Shown here: positions 1 through 14,800 of the stretch, in pieces
How the letters are laid out: the number at the start of each line of letters is the position of its first letter
How positions within the stretch are numbered: the stretch's first letter is position 1
Assembly: GCA_904063045.1 (NCBI GenBank)
Contig: CAJFCJ010000014.1
Location: forward strand, 186,001-250,000
DNA length: 64,000 bases
Reading direction: 5' to 3'
DNA from: Dimorphilus gyrociliatus
Taxonomy: Eukaryota; Animalia; Annelida
The notes under the pieces: generated by a model
What the model saw: only the letters and a program-made list of their open reading frames with translations
What the model was told of the DNA's origin: nothing
Databases searched by the model: none
Translations under genes and position numbers: made by a program

Positions 1-3000
1 TGAATTATCAAATTTACTGAGATTTCCTTTTTCCGTATGGCTTTACGCTAGAAAATACTTGAAACCTCTTTTTTCAACCTATCACTTTAAGGGAAGAGAA
101 TTATGGAAATGGAGGAATGAGGATGTTAGAAAGAGCTTAAAATCATTATACTTTAAAACGGCTGAATCGTTTAAAAATACTCACAAATGCTTAGCCGACT
201 ACTTTAGCAATAAATGGATTAATCATAAACCTTTGGTAGTCCCCGAAAGGTCTATTCAAATTATTGAACCTTACTCTTGTTGCAGATATTTAACTCCTCA
301 TCCTTTACTCTATTCCGAATATTTATACAATTATAGACGTATTACAGAATTAGGCCAACATTTTCTGCACAGCGTCGATATTGAGACGGTTAAATGCAAC
401 ATATATTTTAACCTGGAAAGTCTTATTTCATTAATACAAGCTCTGGGCGTTCATTTTCTTTTAGAAGAAATTGACCTTGTATTGAGACATTTCTTCGATA
501 CGGAACTCCATGTACTTAGAGATACAATTATTGCTTGCCATAAAATCTTAGAGGAAGATACTTTGCAATTACCTGTTGAAATAATAGGCCGATTAAGGAA
601 TATCGAATTCGGAAAGGACTTTCCCAACATCTCAGATCTTATGCTTCAGTGCGTTCAGTGGTGTGATTCGAATACGAAACCTTTGCTAGTTCCGCTTTCA
701 TCGTGGTTGCCAGATCCTAGGCAGAAAACTTTAATTACGTTAAATATTCCATCGACGAAGGCAATTATTACTGGAGAAACTCAATTTCTGACCATTTCAA
801 CTAAAGAGAATATTATAAAAATGTATCATATAGCCTCTAAACAACTTATTCGTTCCTCTTTTCCTTTAAAGTCAAGCGTTATCTTTCTACTCGATTGTAA
901 AGATGACAGAATCGCCGTCTCTACCGCCGACGGAAGCGTTATAATATGGAATTTAATTAACGGCAAATTTGACGGTTTTCTTAAGCAATCGTCTCCAATA
1001 AGAGCCAACGTATTGGCTAACGTTGGCGATAACTTACTATTGGGTAATAGTGACGGTTCTATGGATAGTTTTAACTTGAATACTCTTGAAGTTGTTGACA
1101 AGTTAAAACATCATAGTGACGCCATAACCGGATTACGAGTAAGTAAGGATGGAGAATATACAGTTTGCAGTAAGTCTATAATATGTTTACTCTGTATGGA
1201 ATAAGTAACTTTTAAATGCTCTTTTTTTTTTAACCGTCTCTTAGCATCCAGAGATAAAACTGTCAAATGTTTATCTTCCGATAACTTGGCCGTAATCATG
1301 GAAATATCCGATGAGAATTTAAATCAGCCTATTATTTTGATGTCCATAAGTAGCAATAATCTCTTTCTAGTACTTTGTAAGTTTAATACGTATTGTATAC
1401 TTTCTCTTGTCTTTTTGTTATTTTTTTCCTTTTTTGATGTTATCCCTTTCTTTATCTTGCTTTCATCTATCTTTAGCTTATTCTGAGTATAGGAAGATTA
1501 TAAGGATGAGAAACATGCTGTATATGTATAGGTGTATATATATAGCGGTTAAAGCCATTTTTCATGTTTCCATTTGTATCTAAGGTCACTTTCAAGGGTA
1601 ATCCCTCTTATTTTTTATTGAAAGATTTAGGTAGACCGCAGGAAATTTCGTCCACTTTCATGAAGTTAAAGAATTCCAATAGGAAGCGGGTATTCTCCTT
1701 ATTAATTCTCCTTTATGCATACAGTGTTTAGTTATAATAAGTACTAATATTCCAATTTTAATAGGCATTCTCTCCAATGCCAGTCCATTTCTCTGTTTAG
1801 CGAGGATTTATATACGAGACATTAAATTATATTTTCAGTATTTTGCTGATGAGTGCACCTCCATAAATCTTCTTTTCTCGCTGGAAGCGCAATTGTTTAT
1901 CATAATTTTTTTCGGTAGTCGTTATCTCTTCTACTAGACAATGTTGTCAAATTGCTTTGATAAGAAATAATAGCGATTACTTTTGAAAGTGCATTCGGGT
2001 ATGAAGAAGAGTACGCTAGTATATGCGCTCTTCTCCCTCTTTTCCATCTTCCTTCCGTTCTTCCTTTCATATTTTCCTTTCTCGTATAATTCTTAACATT
2101 ATTCTGTATATTCCCTATTTTTTCTTCATATTAGATTTAGAAGACGGTACAGTACAAATAAGATCCTTGGTTACTGGCACTTTTATACACAACCTTCAGA
2201 ATCCTTTACCAAAATTAACTAGTTTAGCAGTGTGTTCGGAGGGTATCTTTCTCTCTTGTGCAACGGAAAATCATATGGTTCATTTATTTAATATAAGATC
2301 GACAGAACTCTTGGAATCTAATAAGGTGGAATCCAGAGTTCATACAACGTTTCTATTTCCTAATGATTTTGTATTGATGAATGCTGGAGCGGATTCTATA
2401 GAATTTTCTACTCTATTAAAGAGAGAGAATGCTCAAACGGAAAAAGATAGGCATAGGAACGTCGTTAATTGCGTTACCGTTTCGAGAGACGGTAAAATGG
2501 CAGTTTCCGGGTCTAAAGACACAACTTTAAGAGTTTGGTCAGTTGATTCAGGAAGTCTAACAGATATTTTAGAAGGTCATTCGGGCCAAGTTACTTGCGT
2601 CGCCATCGCTAACGAAAACGCGTTTATAGCTTCGGGTTCGGCTGATAGAACAGTGAAAATCTGGAGTATAGTATTGGCGGAGGTGGTGACCAATTACGAA
2701 CAGCATAATTCAACTGTTACTTGCGTTAATGTTTTGGCGGACAATATGAGGATTCTTTCGGCGGAGGAGGAAGGTAAAGCTCTATTGTGGAATGCGGAAG
2801 ATGGTAGTACGTTGCTATCATGTTCCTGCCATACAAATCTGCTGGCAGTTTCTCCAATATCAAAGCTGGTATTCGCAGGTGATGGTGGTTGTACGGCAAA
2901 ATTATGGCTTTTGAATACTGGAGACGTCGTAGGAACGCTAACCCATACGGACAAAATAACATGCGTTGGATTTTCACCAGATAACGAATACATAGTTACT

Positions 3001-3849
3001 GGCTCAATGGATAATAGCTTAAAAATATGGTTAGCCTCCAGCGCTAAATTAACGCAAGTTCTCGTAGAGCATGAAACCCACGTAACTGCCGTCTCCGTTT
3101 GCTCCAAGACAGTTGTATCGGGCGACAAAGATGGTCTAGTTCTACTATGGGATATTGAATTCGGTAACGTGAAACAAAGAATGATGGGTCATACGGCTAG
3201 TATAGAAAGGGTTCTAACAGCGTCCGACTCGTCCATAATATTTACAACTGACTTTGCGGGCGAGATAAGGGTATGGATGTCTAAAACTGCAAAATTATTA
3301 GCAAGAATCGATCTTCATTACCCAATTGAAAATATAGTAATTAGTGTGAGTGCGTCTCACCTTGTTGCGAGAATAACAAATTCGATTCATGTACCGTTGC
3401 TTTGTTTACATAATTCCCCTGCAAAAGTTCTACCAAGGGCGGCTATCGAACTTGGCTCGACAAATAGCCTTCACGTAAATCCGGATATGTTACAGAATCA
3501 AATTTCAGGTTTAAACCTTTCCAGAGAAGTCTCTACCGAAATTGAGAATAACGACGAAAAATTACCGCTCCCCTTTAAATGGCATCAGAAAAGGGAATTG
3601 TCGGAATTTCCCGTTCCCTCAACGATTTTGGCCGAGAGGCAGGTAAAAAGTGACATATATTACGACGAAGAAGAGCCTGGTTCTAGTAGCGGTGGCCTAG
3701 GATCAACAACATCAACCACAATAGCTCCCTTACAAAAAGTTGTTGCCGCTCAACAACAGCACAAAGTACAAAAATCTCTACCAAGAGAGAAAAAAGAAAA
3801 TAATAAAAAGAAAAAAGAGAAGAAATCTTCAATTTGCTGCACATTATAA
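1..3849 (+). CDS. NACHT- and WD40-repeat protein (NWD1/NWD2-like), 3' part; gene starts upstream of the window
   Basis: Frame is open from base 2. Exons ~1-1169, 1245-1376 and 2135-3849 have phase-compatible GT-AG junctions. Post-NACHT helical motifs (LADYF..KW, YNYRRITEL, IYFNLE) are followed by many WD40 repeats (GSKDTTLRVWSV, GHSGQVTCVAI, GSADRTVKIW, GSMDNSLKIW). Confidence 0.85.
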
Positions 3850-4275
3850 TTTACATAAATAAATGAAGAAGATGGAGAGAAGAAAGAGAACAAACAGAGA
3901 AAAGAAAAGGGAAGAAACATTTATAGAAGAAAATTTCCTTCTCTCTTTCCTTCCTTCCTTTCTTCTTTCTTCTTTAGCTTGGCAAAGCTAAAAAAGAGAA
4001 CATTGGAAAATCAATTATTTAAATAAATAAATAGAAAAATTGTGTGTGTAATTATTTATATGTGGAAAAGAGTGCTTCTCCAGTTCATTTTCTTTTTTCT
4101 CATTCTCTTTCTTCTCTCTCTCTCTCTCTCTTCTTAATAAAAGTTACAAAAGCAAAACAGTTATAGGACAGATTGTAAAAGCTGATTATTGCTGATAATA
4201 ATCTGATTATTATAAACGCCTATTTAAGTCATTTGGGTGTGTTTATATGTATGTATATATGTGAGCATGTATCAA

Positions 4276-4279
4276 GAGA

Positions 4280-4318
<39 letters not shown>
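4276..4318. repeat. (GA)n microsatellite, one of many GA/CT, AT and TAA tracts in the intergenic DNA
   Basis: Direct reading of the sequence. Confidence 0.9.
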
Positions 4319-4323
<5 letters not shown>

Positions 4324-7300
4324 TATATCACAAGTAAATTTTCCTATACTTTTCTCTCTGTTTCTATCCTTTATTTCTCTTAAGTATTAATTCTATTTCC
4401 GGTTTATTCATATAAAACGTATAGCTTAAAAACTTATATATGTTATTCTATATACTGCAAAGTAAGCATGTATATTTCAAGGTGTAGTCTAAAAAAAGAA
4501 ATTGAGAGAATAGAATTAAAAAGAAAATGAAAGGATGGAAAATAGAAAAAAAGATTTTCCTTTTTTTTTCTTTAATAAAAGAACAGAAATTAACCAAAAG
4601 GGGTTTGTTGATTTGCTTTTTTCGTAAGGTAAAAGATGACGTCATACAAAGTAGTTTTTAACAAGATTCTTTGTCAGATGAAAAAGCGACTTACACGTCA
4701 ATAGAAGCGTACTACGCAAGAGTTGACAGAGAGATACATAGATAGATATGAAGCTGGATAGAGAGATAAAAATATAGAAAAATAGAAAGAGAGAGAGAGA
4801 GAGACAGAGATAGAGGAAATGGAGAAGTAGATAGAAAAATAGATTGATTGATAGATTGATTGACACAATATATTGATATAAGAAAGTAGAAAAGTTAAAG
4901 GTTATGCAGTACATACTATACACATAACAATACATGTCTATAAAGAAAACGAAAACTATGGCAACTTGAAGCATTCTTCTCTCTCTCTCTCTCTCTCTTT
5001 CTTTATATTTTGAAATTATTTAGAATGGCGTCATCTCTAATAAGAATAACACATTAACAAATACGTATCATAGATACGAATAATTCCTGTATAATTTCTC
5101 CAGTCATTCCCTTATCTCACCTTTATCTTCTTATTGTAGACATAAATATTTTTTTCACGTAAAATTTGGCGTCCAATATCCTTTTGAGGTTTTTTGATTA
5201 TTATTATTATTATTATTGCTGTTTTTTTTTGTTCTTGTACCCATTTTCTAGGACTAGGTTTAATGATAGGCCTAGTAAAGTATGGTTTTTGTTGTTTATT
5301 TTTTGAAATAAACTCGATCTATTTTTATCCTCTCAACATGACTATTTAAAATTGTCTAACTGCTCGTCGCATCTGCTCTCTCTCTCTCTCCACTGCTCTC
5401 TGTATGTATGGTTTACATATAAAGAGAGGAGGGAAAGAGTGACATTCAAGCGAGGGAATGCTACTCTTATTTTCAACTTTATTAAATTTAGATAAGGAAG
5501 CGATAAAAAAGCTCATATATTTTATAAATTTTATCATAAATGTTGTATTTATTATCTTTTATTAAGAGGATTTATGATCATTCATGAATCAATTAACTAA
5601 TTGATTAATTAACTAGTAATAAAATGTATGAAAAAACGATTATTCGTATTATTTAACTAGGAAAACTCTGTCTTCTTCTTCACATACTCGTTTCCCTCGA
5701 AAAACTGGTCTGATTAGCTCATTTAATACATGAACTATTCTGAATACAAAGTAATAAAGTAATAAATCCTATTGAGAGGTATTTTTACTTTTCCGTCTAT
5801 CCATTTCTCTTCGTGACAAATCAAATATATCCTACAAATTACTCAAGTAGAATTTACAAGTGTAATAGGCATATAAACAAGTCAACTCGGCTATAAACTA
5901 ATAATAATAATAATAATAATTCTCTTCTTCTTCTCTGTTACTTTTCTCTTTGAATACAATATTACAACTACATACATTTGATCTGTTACTTTTGAATGTA
6001 CAGTATAGGGGAAAGAGTAATGTAATGAGGGTAAAAATAAAAAAAAGGGAGGGAGAGGCAAAAAGGGCTAAGGAGAGGTAAAAGCATAAAAAGGGAAAGA
6101 GTTAAAAACTAATAAAACTAATAATAAAATATTGTTATAGGTCAGTTGATCAGGGTAGAATTTGAAAAAAGAAAAAAAAAAGTCCATACCTTTCCAGATA
6201 ATTAATATGTGGGAATATTGAAATATGTCTGTTAAAAATTGTTAAAAATCTGTTACGCATCGTACGTATACGTACTTTTATTCATATTACGTATATAATT
6301 ATCTATATATATGTATATATATATATATATATATACTGTATTTATAAATTTATTAAATATATTAATTAATTCAATCATTCATTCATTCATCTATTAATTG
6401 ATCCATTCATAGATTTATTCATTTCTTCTTCCGTTCAATTTATATTTCCTCTTTTCTTGCTTCCTTCCTAAATTACATATTTCTTTTCTTATCTTTCCCT
6501 CTCTCTCTCTCTCTCTCTCTCGATTTGACCCATCTAGCTCTTATTTCAGCCAATAAAAACCAAACAAGAAGAAACAAATCTTGTAAAAGTTTTAAATATT
6601 CCAGTTTCAACATTTATCGAACGCCAACAAGGCTAACCCTGTAGAATTTAATAGAGCGAAGAGAAATTATTCACTTTCCCTTTTCAATCTCTCCTAATTT
6701 CTTCTATTCTCTTTGGTGTTTCTCATCATTCCATCTCTTCAATTCGCCTTTTATCACTGTTCCGTAAAAAGGAACAATAACCGAAACAATATGAAAATAG
6801 TTAAACGGAAAGATACTTTTCTCTTTTCCATATTAATTAATATCAAAATCCTGATTGCCCTATTCGTACTTTTCTTTAATTGTCTCTTATATTTTTACCA
6901 ATTTCTTATTCTGTATAATTGGACACTTAGCAATAATGTTTCTTTCTTTCTTTCTTTCTATCTATCTTTCTTTCATTTTTCGTTATTTTTCACCTCTTTT
7001 CTTCATTCTTATCCTCTGTCTTTTCTTTCCGTCTTACAAGGTATTTAAATGATTTTTGAGATGAGAAAAGGTTTAATACGCTAGAGGTTTAAACGATAAT
7101 AGAAAATAATTTCATAAATAGACGGCTTTTCCCTGCTGCTGTGCCTGACAGAGAGCGAGAGAGAGAGAGAGAAAGAGAGAGCACGAGAGAGGAAGCCAGT
7201 ACGAATTGAAAGATAGTAAATGCAAAATAAAGAATAATTGACCTTCATATCTTGTAAAATAATTGGTTATAGTAGACACTTTTTCAACATAAAAGAAAGA

Positions 7301-8865
7301 GCGATTACATAAATGATGACATTTAAAAAATTAGAGGAGAGGGGGTTAGGTAAAAAAAAAAAAAAGATTTCAAACAAATGAAGTTGAAAGTTAATTAGAG
7401 CGAACACGTGTATTGGCAATTATCGTAATAATTTAGAGAAGAGTAAAAACGGGTTGGTTGAGCGAATTTAACTATAGAAACTAAAACTTTTCATTGAACA
7501 AATGAGGATGTAATTCTTTATATACTGAATATACAGTACATACTGTATATATATACAACATATAGAATAAAACGTTTGCCGTGTATTGTAATATTAAACA
7601 TAAACTGTTCTTCCGTCGCCTAGCTACGCGAGTTAAATACGCTTTTAAAGCGTGCGCATAAGGTGAAGAAGAGGAAGAAGATAAAGAGATGTACATAAAT
7701 GCATGTCTAAATGCTTACATACAAATACAGTATGTATATATGTATGTATATATGTATGTATACGTTTACATACATACGCGCATGCATGCATGCATACCAT
7801 CATTATAAATTTCTATCAAACTCATTTTTTTATTGAGTACAATTTAACAAAGAAATAGCGGTGATGAGGGTGTTGACTCGATCATCTTTTGTTAGCAAAT
7901 TAGTTACCCTTCTTTTTCATTACAAATTTTTAAAGCAGTTGATTTTCTATCTCTCTCTCTCTCTTCCTATCTGCAATTCCATTCTTGATAAAACGAAATA
8001 AATTTCTACCTTTAATCATGTAATTAATTACCAATTTCATTTGAGTAACCTGTCTCTGCTCTTTCGTGACCTCTTTGACACTTTAACCTATTTTTGCAAT
8101 AATTTATTATACATAGGTATATACGCAAAAGTTTCTTTTATTTCTCTTTATTAACCACCACCAGCAGCATCATATTCATTAGAACGTCATCTTCCCTCCC
8201 TGTTTACCTATTCTGACAAGTAATTCTATTGTGTAAGATTACATAACAACAAAATAGATAGAATTGTCCTTTGTTCTGTAATTGATCAAAAGACAGTTAT
8301 TTTTAGTAATTTAGTTAAATAGAATAAAATTATGAACTAGGTGAAAAAATAACATATTCTGAATATTAATGAGGCAGTAATTAAAATATGACCGGAAGTA
8401 TGAGCGAACTAATTGGAAAGAAGTAATTCATTTAAAAAAAATAAGAGTAAAAGCTTTTCACGTGTTCCTCTCATGGGATGAGGGAACTATCTGTTGCTCG
8501 CCTAATTCATTGTCCAAAATGGTTGATATGAATTGAATGACAGCTGTAATATATGCAGTGAAGATGTTATCTGTTCTATACAATAAAAGTAATAGTATAA
8601 AAGGGGTCCGAAACATTTATTCGCGCCCACCAGATCCGTTGGTTAACTCGGAAAGTTCTTTCCACTTTCTGATCCTTATTTTCCACATTTACCCGAGGTA
8701 TACTAGAGTTTCTCATCAATATTCTTTCAATATTAAAAGTATTAATAGTAATGACAGTAGTTATTATCACTATTATTACTTTTAATTCGTAGATTTACTT
8801 GTCGTTATCAGGATTAAGTTGTTGTATCTTTACAGATTTTTGAGTAATTGTTTAACTAAAGAAGC

Positions 8866-11800
8866 ATGAAGGACGATATTGTTGTTACCGGTATTTCTTG
8901 CCGTCTCCCCAGCACGTCAAATATGACGGAGCTGTGGAAAAATTTAACTGAAGGTGTTGACATGGTCAGTGAAAACGATCTTTATTGGCCAAGAGGTAAG
9001 ATTTTTCTTCATTATTTCATTCGTTTATAGTGTGCTCTTCAACGGATTAAACATAACCATTTGTTCATAATCTATCACTTCAAAAATCTATTTTCATACT
9101 CCGAATATAGGTATTCATGGCATTCCGAAAAGAAAGGGAGTTCTACCCGAAATTGATCGTTTCGACTCTCTCTTCTTCGAAATCAACCCTAAGCAGAATA
9201 AAGTTTATGATTTTGAACACAAAATTCTTTTGGAAGTAGTTCACGAGGCTATTCTCGATTCTGGTTATAGCTCTGAAGAACTTGCTGGTACTAGATGCGG
9301 TGTACTCGTTGGATCTGAAGGCAGCAGTGGTGCTACCGCCGAATTTTACGTTGATACAGCTGAAATTAACGGATTCGAAACAAAAAATCACGGTTCTATG
9401 ATGTCCAACTACATTTCTTTTTTCTACGATCTTAAAGGTAACCAGCTTTTCTTTATGAATATTCAGTGTTTTTCCTATTTCATCCACTTCTCTCTCATTA
9501 ACAATTTATTAATATCATAATAGGACCAAGTATGACCATAAATTCGGCCTGCAGTTCAAGCTTTCAAGCTCTCCGTCTAGCTTACCGCTATATGGAAGAT
9601 AATCAATGTGATTCTATGATCGTAGCTGGTTCTCACGCTCAATTTTCACCAATGGCTAATTTAACATTAACAAGAGCTATGATGTTGGCTAACGATGGTA
9701 AATGTAAAGTTTTCGATGAATCGGCTGATGGTTACGTAAGAAGTGATGGTATCGTTGCTATCCTTCTCCAAAGAGCTAGTCTAGCTAGAAGAATCTACGC
9801 AAACATTAGAGGCGTCTATGACAACTGTGACGGCAGAAAGAGTCAAGGTAATTTTTGAACAACATAAAAAAACAACTTATATCTCTTAATAAACTCTCTC
9901 TCTCTTCCTTTTATCTTTTTTCGCACAGGTACATCTTTCCCTAGCGCTCCATCCCAAAAGGATTTGTTAAGAGACTTTTATAAAGCAAACAACATGAATC
10001 CCGATGATGTTGTCTATATTGAAACTCACGGAACCGGAACCCAAGTAGGAGATAAAGCAGAAATTACCGCTCTTTCCGAATTCTTTTGCGGAAATGGCAG
10101 AAAAGACTTGTTAATAGGATCAATTAAGTCCAATCTCGGCCATACTGAAGTAACTTCCGGTACGTGTATTTTCATTAATGTTTCGCTTTAGTCAGTACTT
10201 TTCGAATGAAAAGACTAATAAAAATAAAACAAGCTAATTAACTAATTAACTGTTAATTAAAGGTTTGGCAAGCATGTGTAAAGTAATCTTGGCTATGCAA
10301 CACAAACTAATCCCGGGAAATCTTCATCTAAATCAATTCAACTCAAACATCCCCGAACTCTTTGATGGTTCAATGAAGGTTGTTAGGGAAAATATGGAAT
10401 GGGAAGGTGGACCAACTGCTATCAACTCATTCGGATTTGGTGGTGCTAAAGTTCATTGTGTTATTGAACCCTATCGAGAGAAGAAGAACAATGAAATTAA
10501 ATATGATGGACTAAGATTGGCTACCATCTGCGGAAGAACTGAAGAATCCACGAAATTCTTTTTAGAAAATATGCTTGAAAACAAGGATAACCTTGAGTTC
10601 CACTCTTTGACAGAGTCCCTTTCTCTCTCCTCCCCAATGGCTTATCCTTACAGAGGTTACGTTGTCATGAACTCTGAAGAGCAAATCATTACTGTTGAAG
10701 TGAGTTTTATTCCTCATTTGTTAATTCTATCCCCTTTTGTTTCATTTCTAATCTGTTTCCTCATTCCCTAAAACAGGATATCCCAAACAAAGGATCTGAT
10801 AAAGAAGTATGGTTCGTTTACAATGGTATGGGTTCTCAATGGCCCGGTATGGGCAAAGAACTTTTGGGCATGAAAGAATTCAGAGAGAGTTTCGAAGTAT
10901 GCAGCAAAGCTGTTGCCCCTCTAGGCATTGACTTAAAGAAGCTACTCCTGGAATTTAGCGAAGAAGATTGCGAAGAAATAGTAAAAGTTTTACTTTGCGT
11001 AACCGCCATTCAGGTAAGAGAAAAGGGATAAAGATGTCTATGATAACTTTCTCTGAACTTTTTTTTCTAACCATTCCAGATTTGCATAACTGACATTCTG
11101 GAAAAAGTTGGCGTTGTACCAAATGGTATTGTTGGTCATTCTCATGGTGAACTTGCTTGCGGTTACGGTGACAAGGCTTTGAACGCTGAACAAACCATGT
11201 TGATCGCCTACCATAAGGCTATGAGTATCGTCAACCAAAACACAGATGAAGGTTCTATGTGTGCCGTTATCGGAATCACTCTCCAAGAATTGGAAGAGAT
11301 AGTTCCTGAAGATGTCACTATTGCCTGTCATAACTCTGAAAGCATTCATACTATTTCCGGCGCCGTAGAGAATGTCGCGCGATTTATGGAAACATTGAAG
11401 GAGAAGAATATTAAATGCAAGGCAGTTAAGAGTTGCAAAGTGGGTTTCCATAGTTCACTCCTGGAAAAAACCTATCCCGAATACAGAAAAAATTTGGAAG
11501 AGGTTTGTACTGTTTGTTTGTTCTTTCAATGAAAGAAAATATAAAATTTCTGCTCTATATTTATCAGATTATACCAGAACCAAAGGAAAGATCTTCCAGA
11601 TGGATCAGTACTTCTCTTCCTGAAGAAGATTGGGAAGAAGATGTCGGTCTTACTGCTAACCCCGAATATTACATTGCCAACATGGCTAATCCTGTCTACT
11701 TTGTCGAAGCATGCAGTCTTATTCCAGAGAATGCAGTTATCATCGAAATTGGTGCTACTAACCTACTACAGAGTGTTGTTAAGGCTACCGTAGGCAAGAA

Positions 11801-14800
11801 GGCAACCTTCTGCCCAATGATACCTAAAGGACCAACAGATGAAACAACTCTTCTCTCCCATATAGGAAAGTAAGTATCCATCATTAAACATAATTAAAGT
11901 TTGAATGAATAGAATTTAAAGTCTAATCTTTATCTCATTCTCTTCACAATAGAATCTACTGCGCAGGTATTAATGTTAAACCACTGAACTTGGTTCCTAG
12001 AGTGCAATTCCCTGTCAAACTCGAAACACCTATGATAGCACCCTTCTTTAGATGGGATCATTCAGAAATCAACGAAAATCCAGTTGCCAGTTTGGATGAG
12101 GTTCAAAAAGTTAAACCACACGAAAGATTGATGACAATCAAGAACTTGTACGTTGCCAAAGATTCTTGGCTAAGAAGCCATCAAATCGATGGAAGACTTG
12201 TAGTTCCAGCCACCTATTACATTGACTTGCTTATTGATGTTTACTGCGATTTCAATAACTTGAAGAGAGATGACCCTGCATTGACATTCACCATGAACGA
12301 CTGGCTTATTCATAAAGCTTGCTTCATCCCAAATGAAGGTAAGAAGGAGTGTATAGATAAGAATGACTTGTATTAATGCTGTTGCTGTTTCTTTCCCCTT
12401 TATTAGAATACGTACCTATCCGTTTCCAAGTAACAATCTGCAAGAGATCTGGATATTTTGAAATTTTCGAAAGTAATACAGCAGTTGTTTGCGGTTACTT
12501 CATCCATCATCATTCGAGAAAGAATCATTGGAAGAATGTCGTTAAACATAAGATTATCGAACCCTACAGAGCGTCGAAGAACAAACTTCCCGGTTATAGT
12601 CCCGATGATCCAGAAGTATACAAAAAGGAAGAAATTTATCAATTCGTCGCCAGAGCAGGATACGAATACGGTGAAGCTCTACAACTGATTATCAGCGGAA
12701 AGAAGGACAATTGTTATATTACTTGGAATGGAAATTTGGGTGCTTTCTTGGATGGTATCAATCAATATCAGGCTTTTGTTAATGACATCGATACTATCTA
12801 TATCCCGTACGTTTACAATAAGGTCGAAATCGACTTGTACGAATTAAACTACATAAGAAAGCCTGGTGATGCAATCTATTCTGAAATTGCCGATAGAAGA
12901 GATTACCTCTATTCGGGTGGAGTTAGGATGATTGGAAAGAGATCCGAACATATTAATCGTAAAACTCTTGAACAAAATGCATCATTAAACGTCCAAATGT
13001 ACACTCCATACGCCTCATTCTCCGAAGAAGAAACTTACGATAACTATCAAGCTATAGTTCAAAAGATGCTTAAACTTTTCAATGAAGCCGAAAATAAGAA
13101 AGACGTACAAGAAGAGATTATCCAAATGCTTCATAAATGTAAGTGGACTCATCAGACGCTCGATTTTAATCTATTGGAAAAATTGAGAGATTTATGCGAT
13201 ACGGAAAATACTAAGGTTGATAAAAACAAGATGGCGTCCGTTAAGGATGATTTATTCCTATCAACTTTCATTAGCCAAGACGATATCCTTGAGTATTATT
13301 CGGTCATGGATCAAAACAATTTCAACCCCATAAAATCAATTTTACATTACGGTAATAATTCTATCTGGTCGAATGTATTGGCTTTGAATATGGGCGATTT
13401 AACTCAATTCCAACTGTCTGGTATCTTAACCACGGATGAAAAGAACGACAACTTGAAGAAACTCTTGCAATTTATTAAAACCCCTAAGAATGATTTAACT
13501 CAAAGAGGCAACTTCTTCACCTACGTTAGCGGTCTTTTCTCTACCAGCGAAGATGCCGATGAAGAACTTAAATTCTTATATAACCTAATCCAAGAACGTG
13601 GTGGCTTCCTTTGTATTCACGATTTCACTTGCGATAACGATAAAGTAATCGATACTCTAAACTTCTTCAAGAATCACGAACATGAACATAAAAAGGTTGG
13701 CAGAGAGGAAATGTGCAAGAGATTGCAAGATGTTGGATTTGATATATTCTACGAAAAGCACAACAATTTAACTTCAGTTTTCATTTGCCGTCCAGCAGTT
13801 GAAGTTGAAGAGGAGCCAACCATCATTGATATTACCGATTGCGAGAAATTCTCCTGGTTGGGACCTCTACAAGAAGCCCTTAAGAAAATCGAGAAGCCAG
13901 AAGAAAGAATCTGGTTGATTGCCAGCAAACCAGAGCCAAACGGAGTTCTTGGTCTTATCAAATGTCTTAAGAACGAGGAGAACGGCAACAAGGTTAGATG
14001 CTTGATGAATGGCGATCTCAAGGGACAAAGCCTACCTCCAGAATACATGCCCGGTGGAAGTACATTCAAGAAGATTGTCAAGAGAGATCTTCTTTTGAAT
14101 ATCTACAGAAAAGAAACTCTCGGCTGTGTAACACATAGAGATTTTATGAAGCAAAGAAAGAAGCCGAATTACTCCAAGAACGTCTGTCTTGGTCAAAAAA
14201 CTTTGGGCAACATGTCCAGCTTCTTCTGGTGGAACTTGCCCGAATTTTTGGTTGACGAAAAAATGGCTAGTGAACACGGAATGTTGCCAATAAACGTCCA
14301 CTATTCGGCATTAAACTTCAGAGATGTTATTGTCGCTACTGGAAGACTGAGAGAACAAAAGGCTAGAGGAAACGTTAAGGCTCTCGAGAATAAGATTGGT
14401 TCCGAATTTTCTGGTATTACCGAAAGTGGAAGAAGAGTTATGGGAATTGGAGCAAAGATGACGGCTATCGCATCAAAGGTAATCGCCGCCAATAATATGC
14501 TTTGGGATATTCCCGAAACCATGACATTAGCCGAAGGAGCATCAATTCCTATGGTCTACTTTACCGCTTATTTCGCTTTAATTGTTAAAGCTAAAATGAA
14601 GCCGGATGACGTTGTCCTTATTCATTCAGCAACCAGCGGTGTCGGTATGGCTGCGTTGGAAATTTGTAGACAATTCAAAGTAAAAAAAATTCTTTGTACT
14701 GTTGGTACCGCCGAAAAAGTCAAATTCTTACAAGAACACTACAAAATACCAAAGAGTTACATCTACAACTCCCGTAGCACAGACTTCTTTGATAGAGTTC

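Noticed and set aside
4448-8785. Short F/L/S/I-rich ORFs in the 4-9 kb interval (also 22862-23197, 24240-25500)
   Set aside because: They are translations of CT/GA/AT microsatellites and AT-rich DNA, with no domain signal.
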